Assembly: GCF_036365525.1 (NCBI RefSeq)
Contig: NC_090375.1
Location: 196,953,631-197,017,630 of the forward strand
Direction of reading: 5' to 3'
DNA length: 64,000 nucleotides
From: Heterodontus francisci
Taxonomy: Eukaryota
Translations under genes and position numbers: made by a program
Shown here: in pieces, positions 63,149 through 64,000 of the stretch
Layout: every line of letters starts with the position of its first letter
How positions within the stretch are numbered: the stretch's first letter is position 1
The notes under the pieces: generated by a model
Told to the model about the DNA's origin: nothing
The model's database searches: none
Seen by the model: the letters and a program-made list of their open reading frames with translations, nothing else

Positions 63149-64000
63149 GTAAGAAGCTGCTAATGGCGCGAATGGCGTTTATACATCCCCTTTCTGGGGC
63201 GTCTTGTTGTTCGTTTTGCTGCTTGCCTAGTGTCAGGATTTTTACTTGTGCCAGTGGCTTCTCATGGAGCACGGTGGGCTCAGGTGGGTGGGGACAGCAC
63301 CTAGTTTGATCTGACGGGTGTGGAAGGTCATTGCTGTGAGGCAAAGGGACTCGGGAGGTGTGAGATGTTTGGTGGAGGGGGAGGACCTGAGGGTCTCAGA
63401 TAGTTGGCACCAAAGTGGTGAGGCGCATGGGGGGGCAACTTCAACCTCACCTGCCCATTGGAAAACTGGCAGGATCAGGCGCGATGCCACTTTTACATCT
63501 CACCCGATTTTACTCCCGTGAAAGTCAATATTGGGTGGGTCCAATTCCCGTGGGATTCACACCTGCTGGGTTTGGTTAAAATTGCTTGCGTGGAGTGGGA
63601 AAGGGGAGATCAAAGACACAAGAGACGAAGAGGGAGGAAGGCTGGAGTAGAAAGGGTAAAGACATGGTTGGAGAGGGAATAATACTGAGGGTAATCTGGT
63701 GTGGGAGTATCTGAATTTCAGAGCATGAAAACAGAGCCACTTGCCAAAAGCAGTGAGTGGGAAACACCTGAACACACAAAGACATGAGCTCCATTAACAA
63801 ACACACAAATTCTTGACCTTGCCTGGCGTTGTCTTTCAGTTCCCTCTGTCCTATACTCATTCTCTCTGTCACCCATAGATGTGCACACCACTATGCAGGG
63901 TTCCCATTACCAGGTTTGCATTGCAGGAAGGTTCAAACATTCAGGCCTGGGAGGGTTGTTAAAACTTGCTTCCTGATTGCCTTTAATTTAGACCCAATCA

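Overview
Eukaryotic (vertebrate) genomic DNA, most likely from a shark or other elasmobranch, judging by the HE1-type V-SINE, DeuSINE-like, CR1 and Penelope repeats. The whole window lies inside one + strand gene, a PKHD1L1 (fibrocystin-L) orthologue. I traced 23 consecutive coding exons (3746-63148) with GT-AG boundaries and consistent reading phase; neither the start nor the end of the gene is in the window. The introns hold CR1 LINEs (one near full length, with an SGNH-esterase ORF1), a Penelope-like element, SINEs, TIR-bounded non-autonomous DNA elements, several TE-derived minisatellites (including a 7 kb array of 51-bp units) and a 149-N assembly gap. The standout is a decayed Gypsy-type LTR retrotransposon at 8152-12046, with paired LTRs, a tRNA-Leu PBS, a PPT, gag and protease. 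Its RT/RNaseH/integrase region is replaced by a Myc-family fragment (EEIDVV box, box IV, bHLH-leucine zipper) that runs in frame into the integrase C-terminal tail. This gag-pro-myc layout resembles oncogene-transducing retroviruses. All family assignments come from motif recognition by eye; no database searches were run.
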